Shown piece after piece: positions 13,520 to 23,136 of a DNA stretch of 64,000 nucleotides. Both the position numbers and the translations under genes were made by a program. The DNA comes from Planctomycetota bacterium. GTDB taxonomy: Bacteria > Planctomycetota > UBA1135 > UBA2386. The first letter of the stretch is position 1. Every line of letters begins with the position of its first letter. The stretch is from NCBI GenBank assembly GCA_965223545.1, contig OZ245006.1:7168001-7232000 (forward strand), given 5' to 3'. Below the pieces are notes generated by a model. The model was given only the letters and a program-made list of their open reading frames with translations. It searched no databases and was not told where the DNA came from.

Positions 13520-14972
13520 GACACGCGGCGTACACCGCGGCCAGAAACTCGTGCATCGACCACGCGCCGCGGAGCTTGGTGCAGCCAAGGCGCACGACGA
13601 CGAGGCGCTCGCTGGGGAACACCGCCAAGACCTGTCCCTGGTAGCCGCTGGCGTAGTAGACGTCGCGCGGCAGACCGGGGAAGGGGCGCTGGTCGGGGGC
13701 GTCCTCGGGTCCGCGGTTGAGCCACCAGTGCAGGCCGTAGTTGCGCCGCGGCGCGGCGGGGGCCGGCGTGGTCGCGGCGTCGACCCATCCCGGTGGCAGC
13801 AGGCGCTGGCCGTCGCGCACTCCGTCGTCCAAGTACAGCTGGCCCAGCCGCGCCCAGTCGCGCGCGGTGGCGTGGCAGAACGACGAGCCGACGAAGGTGC
13901 CGCTGGCGTCCGTCTCCAGGACCGCGCTGAGCATGCCGGCCGGCGCGAACAGGGCACTTTGCGGATAGGCCAGCGCATCCGCGTGGTCGTCGAAGCTCTC
14001 GCGCAGCCATTGACACAACGCGTTGGTGGTGCCACTCGAGTAGGCGAAGTGCGTGCCCGGTGGCGCGACCAGCGGCCGCGCGGCGGCGAAGGCAGCGGCC
14101 GAGGGCGCGGCGAACAGCATGCGCGGCGGGTCGGCAGTCAGGTCGTCGTAGCGTTCGTCGAACTGCAATCCCGCACTCATCTGCAGCAGCTGGCGCAGAG
14201 TGATCGCGCCGCGGGCATCGTCGTCCGATGACCACGCCGCGAGACCCGCGGGCGCGTCCAGGTCGGCGCCGATCTCCGCCGCGCGCACGCCGACCAGCGT
14301 ACCGGCGACGCTCTTGGCCATCGACCAACCCGCCAGCGGCGTGGCGGCGTCGATGCCCGCGCCATAGCGCTCGACCAGCAGCCTCCCGTGCCGGGCGACG
14401 ACGACGGCGAAGGTGCGCACCGGGAGGGCGGGGTCCGGTTCGGCGAACGCCGCGTCCAGCGCCGCCTCCAGCTGTCGGCGGTCGACGTCTTTGGGCCACG
14501 GCCGGGAATCGGTGGCGTTGCCGAGCGGCCACGGCGCCCGCGCGCCGGCCGTGGACGCCGCGGTTGGCGCTGGGGCAGGGGCACGCTGCGCGGCGAGCGC
14601 CCGTGCCGTGTCGTCGTCGTCGGGCAGCACCAGCGCGCAGCCGAGGCCGGCACGCCAGACCGCGCGCCGGCGCACGCCGAGCACCGTTGCGCTGACGACG
14701 CCGGCGTCGGGGTCGGCCTCGAGCTCGAGGCCGGCCAGCAGGAGGGCCTCCAGAGGTGTGTCGGGGGCGAACTCGGTGGCGCGGACCGAGGCCAGCGAGC
14801 GCCCGCCGACGAGGACCGCCGAAGCCGCGATCTTGGCCGCGTAGGCGGCGCCGATCGCCGCGTGTGGCGGGGGCGCGTCTTCCTGCGCCGGAGTCGCGGT
14901 GGCGTTGGCGCAGGCGGACAGGATGGCGATCACGCGGCTGGTGGTGCGGGAGTGAAGCACGGCGTCGGCCAA
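13503..14972 (-). CDS. Serine hydrolase, beta-lactamase/penicillin-binding fold
   Basis: WSMAKS (SxxK), LLQMSAGL, FAYSSGTT, ARDWARLGQLYL and GYQGQ motifs; start uncertain. Confidence 0.88.
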   Translation of the reverse strand: MADAVLHSRTTSRVIAILSACANATATPAQEDAPPPHAAIGAAYAAKIAASAVLVGGRSLASVRATEFAPDTPLEALLLAGLELEADPDAGVVSATVLGVRRRAVWRAGLGCALVLPDDDDTARALAAQRAPAPAPTAASTAGARAPWPLGNATDSRPWPKDVDRRQLEAALDAAFAEPDPALPVRTFAVVVARHGRLLVERYGAGIDAATPLAGWSMAKSVAGTLVGVRAAEIGADLDAPAGLAAWSSDDDARGAITLRQLLQMSAGLQFDERYDDLTADPPRMLFAAPSAAAFAAARPLVAPPGTHFAYSSGTTNALCQWLRESFDDHADALAYPQSALFAPAGMLSAVLETDASGTFVGSSFCHATARDWARLGQLYLDDGVRDGQRLLPPGWVDAATTPAPAAPRRNYGLHWWLNRGPEDAPDQRPFPGLPRDVYYASGYQGQVLAVFPSERLVVVRLGCTKLRGAWSMHEFLAAVYAACRGGTR

Positions 14973-15088
14973 GACTATTCCCGCCCGCAGCCAAGGTCGT
15001 CGCCGAACTGCGCGAAGCCGCCGGTTCTCGCCGCTGCGCGTCCCCGTTTTCGCTCGCGTCGCGCTCCGGCGGGCGCTTGGCTTCGGGG

Positions 15089-16213
15089 ATGGCTCGTCAG
15101 GTCAAAGTGCCGATGCCGACCGCCGTCATCGACAGTGTCGCGCCGGACCCGCTGTCGGTGCGCGCGGTGCGGCGCGCGTTTCGCGAGCAACTCGCGGCCG
15201 GTGCCGCCGTGCAGCCCGCGGGCTCCGCGCGCGGTGGCGGTGCCGAGCTGGTGCGGCGCTACCCGCCGCTCGCGCGGATCGGTCTGTTCGACCACGTGTT
15301 CTTCGTCACCGGGCAACGGCGCGACAACCAGCTGCGCTTCCTCGTCGCCTACGTCGGGCGCGGCGCACCGCCACGGGTCTGGTACCCGCGCATCTTCTAC
15401 AAGGACTCGTCGCTGATCTGGCGCGTCGCGACGCATCTGATCGACACGCCCGAGGAGAACTGGATCGGCAAGGGCGACGTCAAGTGGGAGCGCCGTGCGG
15501 ACGGCTGGCTCGTGAGCAGCGCCGAAGAGACCACCAACCTGCCGTTCGAGCTGCAGGCGGCCCTCGACGAGGTCAGTCGGCGCCAATCGGTGGTGCGGCG
15601 CGACGACCACGCCCTGAATGCGATCCTGCGCGCCGCGCCGCCCGGTCGCATGCAGGCCTATGCCGACTTCGTCGCGCCCCGGAGCCGCGCGCAGCGCGAT
15701 CACGCCATCTACGGTGGCCGGCGCATCGCCCGCTTCACCCGGCGCAACGATCCCGGGTCGCTCCGCTTCGCGCGCGGCTTCGAGCCCGATTTCGGCGGTG
15801 GCCGGATCGATGTCTGCCGTTCGGCGAGTCGGTTGTACGGCGGCGTGGTGACCAAGGTGCGCGTGCTGTCGGCCAATCGGCGAGTGCAGTACCAGTTCGT
15901 CGCCGCTGGACGTCATGTCTGGCTCAACCCGCCACAGGCGTTGACCACCGAGCTCAACGGCTACGGCGTGCGCACGGTCGACGCGGTGGCCGACGAGGAG
16001 CTCTACATCCCGGGCTACGAGTACCACTTCCTCGACGAGGAGCGCCAGCCGCCGGAGCTGCACAGCCAGATCCCGCCTGGCTTCGCGGGGCCGCCGTGCG
16101 CGATGGACCCCGACCGCGCCGACGCGTCGCCGTGGATCGAGGCGATGCCCGTCGTGCGCCAGTTTCGGCGGCGGGTGTTGTCTCGCCTCGATGCTGGCGA
16201 CGCCGTGACTTGA
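15089..16213 (+). CDS. Hypothetical protein
   Basis: Protein-like, aromatic-rich sequence (RIFYKDSSLIWR, WIGKGD, PGYEYH) with host codon bias; no family recognised; alternative start at 15113. Confidence 0.75.
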   Translation: MARQVKVPMPTAVIDSVAPDPLSVRAVRRAFREQLAAGAAVQPAGSARGGGAELVRRYPPLARIGLFDHVFFVTGQRRDNQLRFLVAYVGRGAPPRVWYPRIFYKDSSLIWRVATHLIDTPEENWIGKGDVKWERRADGWLVSSAEETTNLPFELQAALDEVSRRQSVVRRDDHALNAILRAAPPGRMQAYADFVAPRSRAQRDHAIYGGRRIARFTRRNDPGSLRFARGFEPDFGGGRIDVCRSASRLYGGVVTKVRVLSANRRVQYQFVAAGRHVWLNPPQALTTELNGYGVRTVDAVADEELYIPGYEYHFLDEERQPPELHSQIPPGFAGPPCAMDPDRADASPWIEAMPVVRQFRRRVLSRLDAGDAVT

Positions 16214-16274
16214 TGCGCGTGACTCGTGCCGAACGAGCCTCGATTCAGGGTGCGACCGCCGTCGCCGGCATCGA

Positions 16275-18218
16275 TCACTCGGAGGCGAGCCGGAAACGGT
16301 GCGGCTGCGGGGCGTTGACCTTTGTCTTCGTCAGAAGCCCCCTTTTGGTGAGCCCGTTCAGGAATCGGTCTGCCGAGGAGCGGCTCACCCCGAGGAGTTC
16401 GGCGGCTCGGCGCACGGTGAACTCCTCGTGCCCCTTGGCCCGCAGCTTCTCGAGCAGCTCGAACTCGCGCAAAGGAAGCCGCTGCCCCCCTGTCTCCGGC
16501 AGAGTCGCGCGCCAAGAAGGCGCGTAGCGACAGTTCCACGTGCCGCCTTCGACGACGAGAGCGCCGTTGCGCACCAGCTCGGCGACATCGGCCTGCAGCA
16601 GCTCCTCCCCACTGTCGAGCGCAACCATCTCTTGCAACTCGCGTCTCTTGTGCCAACCCCCGTCTCGTTCGAGTCGCCGAAGGAGCATGAACTGCCGACT
16701 GTTCACCGTCCAACTCTGGCCGTCGGGGCTCTCGTAGCGCACCGTGCGAAAGTCCTTCCGTCGCGGAAGACCTGGTGGGGCCGGAGCCGCGGCTGCCCCC
16801 GGCACGCCTAAGCGCTCACGGTCGACGAGCTGGCCGACCCAGCGTTGCACGACAGCGTGTGCCGGTTCGCCGTCGATCGAGAGCTGTTCGTCGCTCAGCT
16901 CGAATTGATACCCGGCCACTTTGGTGCGCCCGCGTTCGGCGAGCCTCGGTACCGCTGCCAGGAGGGCCTCGGCACGGTCCCTTGTGAGGCCGATCGGCCG
17001 CAGCCAGGCGAAGAGGCCATCCCAATTGTGAAGCCTGCGCGGCAGGGCCGCCGCCGCGGAAGCGAGATGCGTGACCCCTTCGTGCGCGAGCAAGAACCGC
17101 ACCTGCGCGTCGAACGGGTCGGTCCGTTCGCCTGCGATCGTGAAAGCGGGGTTGGCACGGCCCGCGGCTGGGTCGGCGGGAACGAACCGAAACAGCTGGC
17201 CAGCCCGGCTCTTCCACCGGCCGCCGGCCAACGTCTCGGCATCCGCACGGAGTTCGACGGCCACCTCTCGGTTCAACGTGAGCAAACCCCATCGCAGCTC
17301 TCGCATGAGAGCTGCGGGCAGCGCGGGGTATGCGCTGCTGAAACAGGAGACGTCGGGGTGGGCCAAGAGGAACGCGACCTGGGCGTCGTCGGACTCGGTC
17401 GGAGTCCCGTTTACCGTGAACTCGCCGTCGCCGCGATGCACGATTCCGACCCGCTCACCGTCCGGCGTAGACCCCGTCCATTGCCCCGGCGCGTTCGATT
17501 TCGCCCTCAGCTTCCGCGCATCACGCACGAGCTCTTCGCGCACGAGCCACGGGCCCGCCGCGCCCCGGGCTCCCGACGCGATCAAGAGGTCGCCGACACC
17601 CTCGGCCAGCATGTTCGCCGGAGAGACTCCAGCCGCTGTGCCACTCCTGCGCATGTACGCGAGCCGCAGCGCGCCGAGCCAGTGCAGCAGCTCCAGGTCA
17701 CGGGCCAGCGCGTACATCGCGTGCTCGCACCCGTAGTAGGAGCGAAGATCGTTCACCCGAGTGAGATCGAGCTGGCCCCAGGGGGTCCGGACTCCCCGGA
17801 GCTCGTCGAGGTCGAAGACGAGCCGTTGCCCACCGCGAAGTCGAGCGTTCAGCGCATCGCGCGGGAGCACCTGCTGCAGAAACCGAAGTCGCATCGCGCT
17901 CTTGTCGCGCGGGTCGGGGCTGAGCTCCACCAAGCGCGCACGAACGGCCTGATACCCACCGGTCGTGTCGAGCTTGGCAAGGCCGCGAAGACGGTTGCGG
18001 AGTCCGATCAGCGCTGCGTGATCCACTCCCGATTCCTCGACTCTTCCCGATAGGCCTGCGGCGGAGCGCCTTGCGACGACCACGGCTGCCTCTCGGACAA
18101 TGCCCCATCTGTCTGATTCACACCGCTGGATGATAGCCGCGTCGAGGGCCCTTTGTAGCTCTCGAGCGGCTTCGCGCAGCCGTTTACGCTTCAACCGGAT
18201 CGCGCGTGAACGCGCCAT
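16275..18218 (-). CDS. Hypothetical protein with internal repeats and two C-terminal winged-helix-like domains
   Basis: 647 aa from ATG 18218; repeats DAQVAFLLAH / DAQVRFLLAH; FTVRRAAELLGVSRSSADRFLNGLTKRGLL is wHTH-like. Confidence 0.7.
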   Translation of the reverse strand: MARSRAIRLKRKRLREAARELQRALDAAIIQRCESDRWGIVREAAVVVARRSAAGLSGRVEESGVDHAALIGLRNRLRGLAKLDTTGGYQAVRARLVELSPDPRDKSAMRLRFLQQVLPRDALNARLRGGQRLVFDLDELRGVRTPWGQLDLTRVNDLRSYYGCEHAMYALARDLELLHWLGALRLAYMRRSGTAAGVSPANMLAEGVGDLLIASGARGAAGPWLVREELVRDARKLRAKSNAPGQWTGSTPDGERVGIVHRGDGEFTVNGTPTESDDAQVAFLLAHPDVSCFSSAYPALPAALMRELRWGLLTLNREVAVELRADAETLAGGRWKSRAGQLFRFVPADPAAGRANPAFTIAGERTDPFDAQVRFLLAHEGVTHLASAAAALPRRLHNWDGLFAWLRPIGLTRDRAEALLAAVPRLAERGRTKVAGYQFELSDEQLSIDGEPAHAVVQRWVGQLVDRERLGVPGAAAAPAPPGLPRRKDFRTVRYESPDGQSWTVNSRQFMLLRRLERDGGWHKRRELQEMVALDSGEELLQADVAELVRNGALVVEGGTWNCRYAPSWRATLPETGGQRLPLREFELLEKLRAKGHEEFTVRRAAELLGVSRSSADRFLNGLTKRGLLTKTKVNAPQPHRFRLASE

Positions 18219-18340
18219 TGCGCCCCGGAGAATCGGCAAGAACTGACGTGGCGACTGCCAACCCTACTGGCTTTCGTGGATCGGCTGTCCAGGGCCGCAA
18301 CTCCGCAGTCTCGGGACCTCCACCTCACGAACGGAACGCC

Positions 18341-19594
18341 ATGCCCCGATTCACTCTCGGTTCTATCCGGTCTCTGTTCTTGCTGATCCCGGCCGGCGCG
18401 CTCGCCGCCCAGACGACTTGGATCGTCGATCAGAACGGAACCCCTCCATTCAACTTCACCGACCTGCCACCGGCGGAAGCGGCTGCGCAGGATGGCGACA
18501 CGATCCTCGTCCGGGCCGGCACGTACACCGGCATCAGCACTGGCAAAGCACTCACGCTGTTGGGCGAATCGAGGGCGCGGATCAACCCGATCAGCTACGC
18601 GACCTTCGTGGTGACGGGCTTGCCGTTAGGCAAGTCCTTCGTGCTGCGCGGGTTCGATTTCATCGATCTGAACGGACCGAGTCGGGCGCACCTACAGTTG
18701 CGCAGCAACGCCGGTTCGATCCACATCGACCGCACCACCGTCACCAACCGGCGCTGGGGGGTGAACCCAACGACGTGGTTTCCCGTGCCCGGCATCGAGA
18801 TCGAGGACTGCGCCCACGTCACGATCAACGAGTGCACGCTCAATGGCTGGCCCAACGGTGGACTGTACATCAAGGACCGGAGCCGGGTCATCGCGACGAA
18901 TTGCGTGGTGTGGGGCATCGACCGGCGCGACGATGGTCGCACGGGACAGTGCGTTGGCGGTGGACCCGCGATTACGATCGCGGATTCGTCGCTGTGGCTC
19001 GCGGGTGGCAGCGTCACCGGTGGTCAAAGCGATTGCTGTTGCTTCCCGGTGAGCAGCGGGTTCCCGGCCATCGTCGCCACCAACGCGGTCGTCACCATCG
19101 GCGGTGACTCCACGACGAGCATCGCCGCGGGTGCGCTCATCGCCCCGCAGTACAACCCGGCTCAGCCCGCGATCTTTGGCGCCGGCACGCTGCTCTTGGA
19201 TCCGGACGTCGCCCTCGTTGCCAATGCCGGCGCTCCGCAGATCGCCGGCGGGATCGCCGCGACGACGGGCGAGCTGGTCAGCCAGCTCGCCACCGGCGCG
19301 CCGCCCGGTGGCGCGCTGACCTCGACGACGATCTCGCCGCAGGGCGATCTCGTCTGGCAGTTCGTCGGCTTGCCGAGTCCACCGGTTCCGACGAGTCTGG
19401 GCGAACTGGGCCTACTGCCGGCGGGCATCGCGGTCCTCAGCAGCGGGACCCAGGGGCCAACCGAGCGGTATACGACGAGCGTGACGCTGCCGAGCAGTCC
19501 AGCGCTGCGCGGTTTCGCCCTTGGCCTGCAGTCGGTGAGCGGTCAGGTTGGCCGCTTCGCGCTCAGCAACCCGGCGGTCGTGTCGCTCCATTAG
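18341..19594 (+). CDS. Secreted protein, probable beta-helix (pectin-lyase-like) plus C-terminal domain
   Basis: Signal peptide ending ALAAQ; TTWIVD...AAQDGDTILVRAGTY is a typical beta-helix cap. Confidence 0.75.
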   Translation: MPRFTLGSIRSLFLLIPAGALAAQTTWIVDQNGTPPFNFTDLPPAEAAAQDGDTILVRAGTYTGISTGKALTLLGESRARINPISYATFVVTGLPLGKSFVLRGFDFIDLNGPSRAHLQLRSNAGSIHIDRTTVTNRRWGVNPTTWFPVPGIEIEDCAHVTINECTLNGWPNGGLYIKDRSRVIATNCVVWGIDRRDDGRTGQCVGGGPAITIADSSLWLAGGSVTGGQSDCCCFPVSSGFPAIVATNAVVTIGGDSTTSIAAGALIAPQYNPAQPAIFGAGTLLLDPDVALVANAGAPQIAGGIAATTGELVSQLATGAPPGGALTSTTISPQGDLVWQFVGLPSPPVPTSLGELGLLPAGIAVLSSGTQGPTERYTTSVTLPSSPALRGFALGLQSVSGQVGRFALSNPAVVSLH

Positions 19595-19627
19595 CCGGGA
19601 CCGCGCCTCGGCGACGTCGCTGACCCA

Positions 19628-21067
19628 TCAGTTGTTCGAGAGCTCGCCGAGCCTGGCGTTGACCTCCACCTTCCACGCGCCGAGCAGCGACGCGAGCCGC
19701 AGCCGCGCTGCGGGCTGTTCGTCGGCGAGGTCGTGCCGCTCGCCCGGGTCGTCGGCGAGGTGGAACAGCTGGGTCTCGGTGACGTCGTGGGTCCGGAGCG
19801 AATACCACTGGATCAGCTTCCAGTCGCCGTCGACGACCGAGGAGCTGCGGGTGTCCCCGGTCCGCGTCGGCCGGCCGAGCGAAGAGTGCCAGAACATGGG
19901 CGGCCGCTGGTAATCCTCGCCAGCCAGCGCCGGCAGGTAGCTCACGGAGTCCTGCGGGTTGGCGTCCGCCACCGATGCACCGGCGATGTCCAGAATGGTC
20001 CGGAAGTGGTCGGTGCCGGTGACTTGCACGTGACTGACGTGGCCGGTCTTCGCTCCGCGCGGCCAGCGCACGATCAATGGAACCCGGGTGCCGCCTTCGT
20101 ACAGCCAGCCTTTGCCGTGGCGATACGGGAGGTTGGTGGTCGCGAGCTCGCGTCGGCTCCCCAGGCCTCGGGTCGAGAAACCCCCGTGATCGGAGGTCAC
20201 GATGACCACGGTGTTGTCGCGCGCACCGGCGCGATCGAGAGCCTGAAGCAAGCGGCCGAGGTTCTCGTCCACACTGTCGACCATCGCTGCATAGGTCGGG
20301 TGGTTCTGCTCCGTCTTGACCTGCCCGGTGCGGTCGACGACGAGGTCGAGGCTGGGGTGCGGCTGGAGGCCCCACGCCCGGGCCTTGCTGCGGTACTTGC
20401 GAATCGCTTCCGCTTTGGCCTGAATCGGCGTGTGCACCGCGTAGTGCGACAGAACCAACAGGAAGGGCCGGCCGTCGGCGCGCTCGACGAAGCGAATGGC
20501 CTCGTTGGTCAAGCGGTCCGTGAGATAATCACCGCGCACGCCTTTCGTGTAGGACGGAAAACCTCCGGTCGGCCTGCGTCTCTCATAGGGCTGAAAATGA
20601 CTGCCGGGTGCGCCGGTCTGCCCGGCGAACCGACTGACGTCGAATCCCTGGGCGTCGGGACCTCCCCCTCTCTCGCCGACGTGCCACTTGCCGATGTAGC
20701 CGGTGCGATAGCCGACATCCCGCAGTCGTTCGGCGAAGGTGACGGCCGACAGGGGCAGCGCGTGCGGCCCCTCGCTGCGGTCTTCGAAGCCGGGAACGCC
20801 GTAGCGCGCGGGGAATCGCCCCGAGAGCATGGCCACCCGGGACGGGGTACAGCGCGGGTGGGCGGCATACGCGTTGGTGAAGAGGACGCCGTCGCGGGCG
20901 AGCTGATCGATGACCGGCGTCTCGTGGAACCGACTCCCGTACACGCCGACATCCTGACGGCCGAGATCGTCCACGATCACCAACACGACGTTCGGCGGTC
21001 GGCCACCACAAGACATGGCCGCAAGCAATGACACCAGAACGACGTACCATCGTCTCGATGCTCTCAT
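19628..21067 (-). CDS. Formylglycine-dependent (S1) sulfatase, lipoprotein
   Basis: PNVVLVIVDDLG, CTPSR..LSGR, GKWH and SDHG motifs; lipobox-like LAAMSC. Confidence 0.93.
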   Translation of the reverse strand: MRASRRWYVVLVSLLAAMSCGGRPPNVVLVIVDDLGRQDVGVYGSRFHETPVIDQLARDGVLFTNAYAAHPRCTPSRVAMLSGRFPARYGVPGFEDRSEGPHALPLSAVTFAERLRDVGYRTGYIGKWHVGERGGGPDAQGFDVSRFAGQTGAPGSHFQPYERRRPTGGFPSYTKGVRGDYLTDRLTNEAIRFVERADGRPFLLVLSHYAVHTPIQAKAEAIRKYRSKARAWGLQPHPSLDLVVDRTGQVKTEQNHPTYAAMVDSVDENLGRLLQALDRAGARDNTVVIVTSDHGGFSTRGLGSRRELATTNLPYRHGKGWLYEGGTRVPLIVRWPRGAKTGHVSHVQVTGTDHFRTILDIAGASVADANPQDSVSYLPALAGEDYQRPPMFWHSSLGRPTRTGDTRSSSVVDGDWKLIQWYSLRTHDVTETQLFHLADDPGERHDLADEQPAARLRLASLLGAWKVEVNARLGELSNN

Positions 21068-21336
21068 CTCGGTCTCCGCTGACGTCGGCCACCGACGGCC
21101 AGTCGCCATGAGCACGGAGACGCCGGTCGGCGATGCGACTCAGCGGATTTGGGCGCGCGTCATGGAGCGCGAGGCAGGGGGCGGCAGGGTGGTTCGGGTC
21201 CTTCGCGGAGGACTCGGCGAACCACTCGCATGATAACCGCTCGCCCCGCTGCCCTGAAGTCAGTGGTGTCGGGGCCCGGGGAGCCCTGGTTCGGCGTGCC
21301 GAAATGGTGGCGCGGGCGGCGCCTGCCGCAGCGCCG

Positions 21337-22398
21337 TCACTCGTCGATCACGGTGCTGTCGGGGTAGTAAGTGCGCCAGGCGGGCAGGTAGGTCGGGATG
21401 TAGGCGAACCGCCGCAGGTCGCTGGTGTCGCTCGCCCCGGTCGCCGTGCCGGTGTTCAGGTTCCAGCGGTCATCGCTGGCGGTCGCGCGCAGGGCACCGT
21501 CCGCGATCTCGATGGCGCGGCCACCGCTCTCGTAGACGAAGGCTGCGCCATCTGCGCTGCTCCACACCACGAGCAGCGGCGTGTCTTCGAGCACCACGTC
21601 GACCGTCCCGCGCGCCTGCAGGGCGGCCAGCGTGACGGCGGCGGTGGCGTCGCCGTGCCGCAGACCGATCGCCAGGGGGGTGCCGCGCACTGCGCCACGG
21701 CGCAAATCAGCGGCAGTGAAGTGCCAGGGCTTGCGGCGGACCGGCTCGAGATCGAGCACTGCGGTTTCGGGGTGCATCGCCTTCCAGGTGCCGAGTCCGA
21801 CTAACACCGACGGCAGCATCGTGAGCCGCGCTCCCTTGTGCGGTCCGGTGAGCGCCTCGCCGCGCAGCTGGCCCCACAGCGAGTCGGTCTGTGGATCCCA
21901 CATCACCAAATTGCGGACGTCGACGCCGGTAGAGCGGCTCTGCTCGACGCCGAGCAGGCGGCCGGAGACGCCGAGGTGGACGACTTGGTCATCGATGGTG
22001 CCGGCATAGACCATGCCGTTGAAGGTCAGCGGTCACCAATTGACGGCGAACGGAACACCGGCGACCTCGTCGTTGACGATCTCGCGCTGCGGGCCACCGA
22101 GCATCTTGATCGGGTAGGCGAACGCGCGGCCGCCGACCTCGAGGCCGATCACCAGGTCTTCGTCGGTGACGGTGTCCGCGACCGCGTCGGCGGTCGCGTA
22201 GTCGGCGCCGACCATCGGCAGCCACTTGAACGCCGTGTCGCCGCGCTCTGCGACCTGCGTGCCGGGCGCGTCGGCGGGCCATTTGGCCTCCACTTGTCGC
22301 TGTGCATCGGTCGGCCGTTCGCTGGGGCGTGAGGTCGGCTGAGAGGTCGGGACCTGCAGGCACATGGTGAGGGCGAGCAGGACGGAGGGCGTGGTCAT
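21337..22398 (-). CDS. DUF3179-domain selenoprotein (353 aa, Sec122 at in-frame TGA 22033-22035)
   Basis: Track ORFs 22033..22398 and 21337..22014 are in the same frame. Joined they read ...AFAYP...EIVND...FAVNW-U-PLTFNGMVY...GVSGRL...NLVMWDPQTDSLWGQ...G, with a SECIS-like hairpin downstream of the TGA. Confidence 0.85.
22002..22018 (-). promoter_or_regulatory. Bacterial SECIS-like hairpin (DUF3179 gene)
   Basis: CGGCAU-GGUCU-AUGCCG starting 15 nt after the UGA. Confidence 0.75.
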
Positions 22399-22482
22399 GT
22401 CGGGAGTTGGGGTTGGTAGACTGGTGCGGATACGGCGCCCGCGCGGGACCGTTCCGCACGGCGGTGGCTTTCTCCTCTGCCG

Positions 22483-23136
22483 CTATCGCGGTTCCAGTCT
22501 GCGCCAGCGCACCGGCCCGATCCACGCCTGCGTCGAGAAGGCGGCGATGCCGAGCGGCTTGCTGGCGTCGACCTCGGGCCGCAGCTCGAAGCGGTGGCCG
22601 GCGCGCGGTTGGTCGACGATCTCCGCGCCGTCCACCCAGGCGCGGACCCGGTCCGGGCCGACCTCGAGGCGCACCGCGTAGCGTTGGCCCCGGGAGTAGG
22701 TCCGGTAGCTGGTCGTCGCGTTGTCGGAGGCGTCGCGGCCGTCGACGCACGAGAGGCCGGTGACGGCGCCGCCCCAACCGCCGAGCACGAGCGTCAGGTG
22801 CGCATCGTCGACCGGAAACGTCAGGCCGCAGAAGAAGTCATCGCCGTCGAGCCGTGCGGCGGTGAGCTCGAGCTCGTACGGCACCTTGGGTAGAGCGCCG
22901 GCGTAGGTGACGCCGGTGAGCGGAGCGCCGAAGTCGAGCACCATTCCACCGTCGGCCAATCGAACCGCGTCCGGCCCGCCGAAGTTGCTGATCGACCAAC
23001 CATCCAGCGAGTTTCCATCGAACAGCACCTGCCACGGTTCCTTCGGTGGGGCGACGGCCGCCGGAATGGGCGCCGGGGGAAGGCTGCTGCACGCCGCGAG
23101 CGCGCAGAGGGCGGCCGACGCTGCCGCGCGCCTCAT
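22483..23136 (-). CDS. DUF1080 (3-keto-disaccharide hydrolase-like) lipoprotein
   Basis: MRRAAASAALCALAAC lipobox; LFDGNSLDGW; DFFCGLTFPV...LGGWGG; ATGA overlap with the upstream gene. Confidence 0.85.
   Translation of the reverse strand: MRRAAASAALCALAACSSLPPAPIPAAVAPPKEPWQVLFDGNSLDGWSISNFGGPDAVRLADGGMVLDFGAPLTGVTYAGALPKVPYELELTAARLDGDDFFCGLTFPVDDAHLTLVLGGWGGAVTGLSCVDGRDASDNATTSYRTYSRGQRYAVRLEVGPDRVRAWVDGAEIVDQPRAGHRFELRPEVDASKPLGIAAFSTQAWIGPVRWRRLEPR

Noticed and set aside
21240..21330. tRNA-Sec (selC) or another tRNA near the selenoprotein gene
   Set aside because: GGTTCG-like words occur, but I could not build a cloverleaf or UCA anticodon arm. No sel genes were seen in this window.
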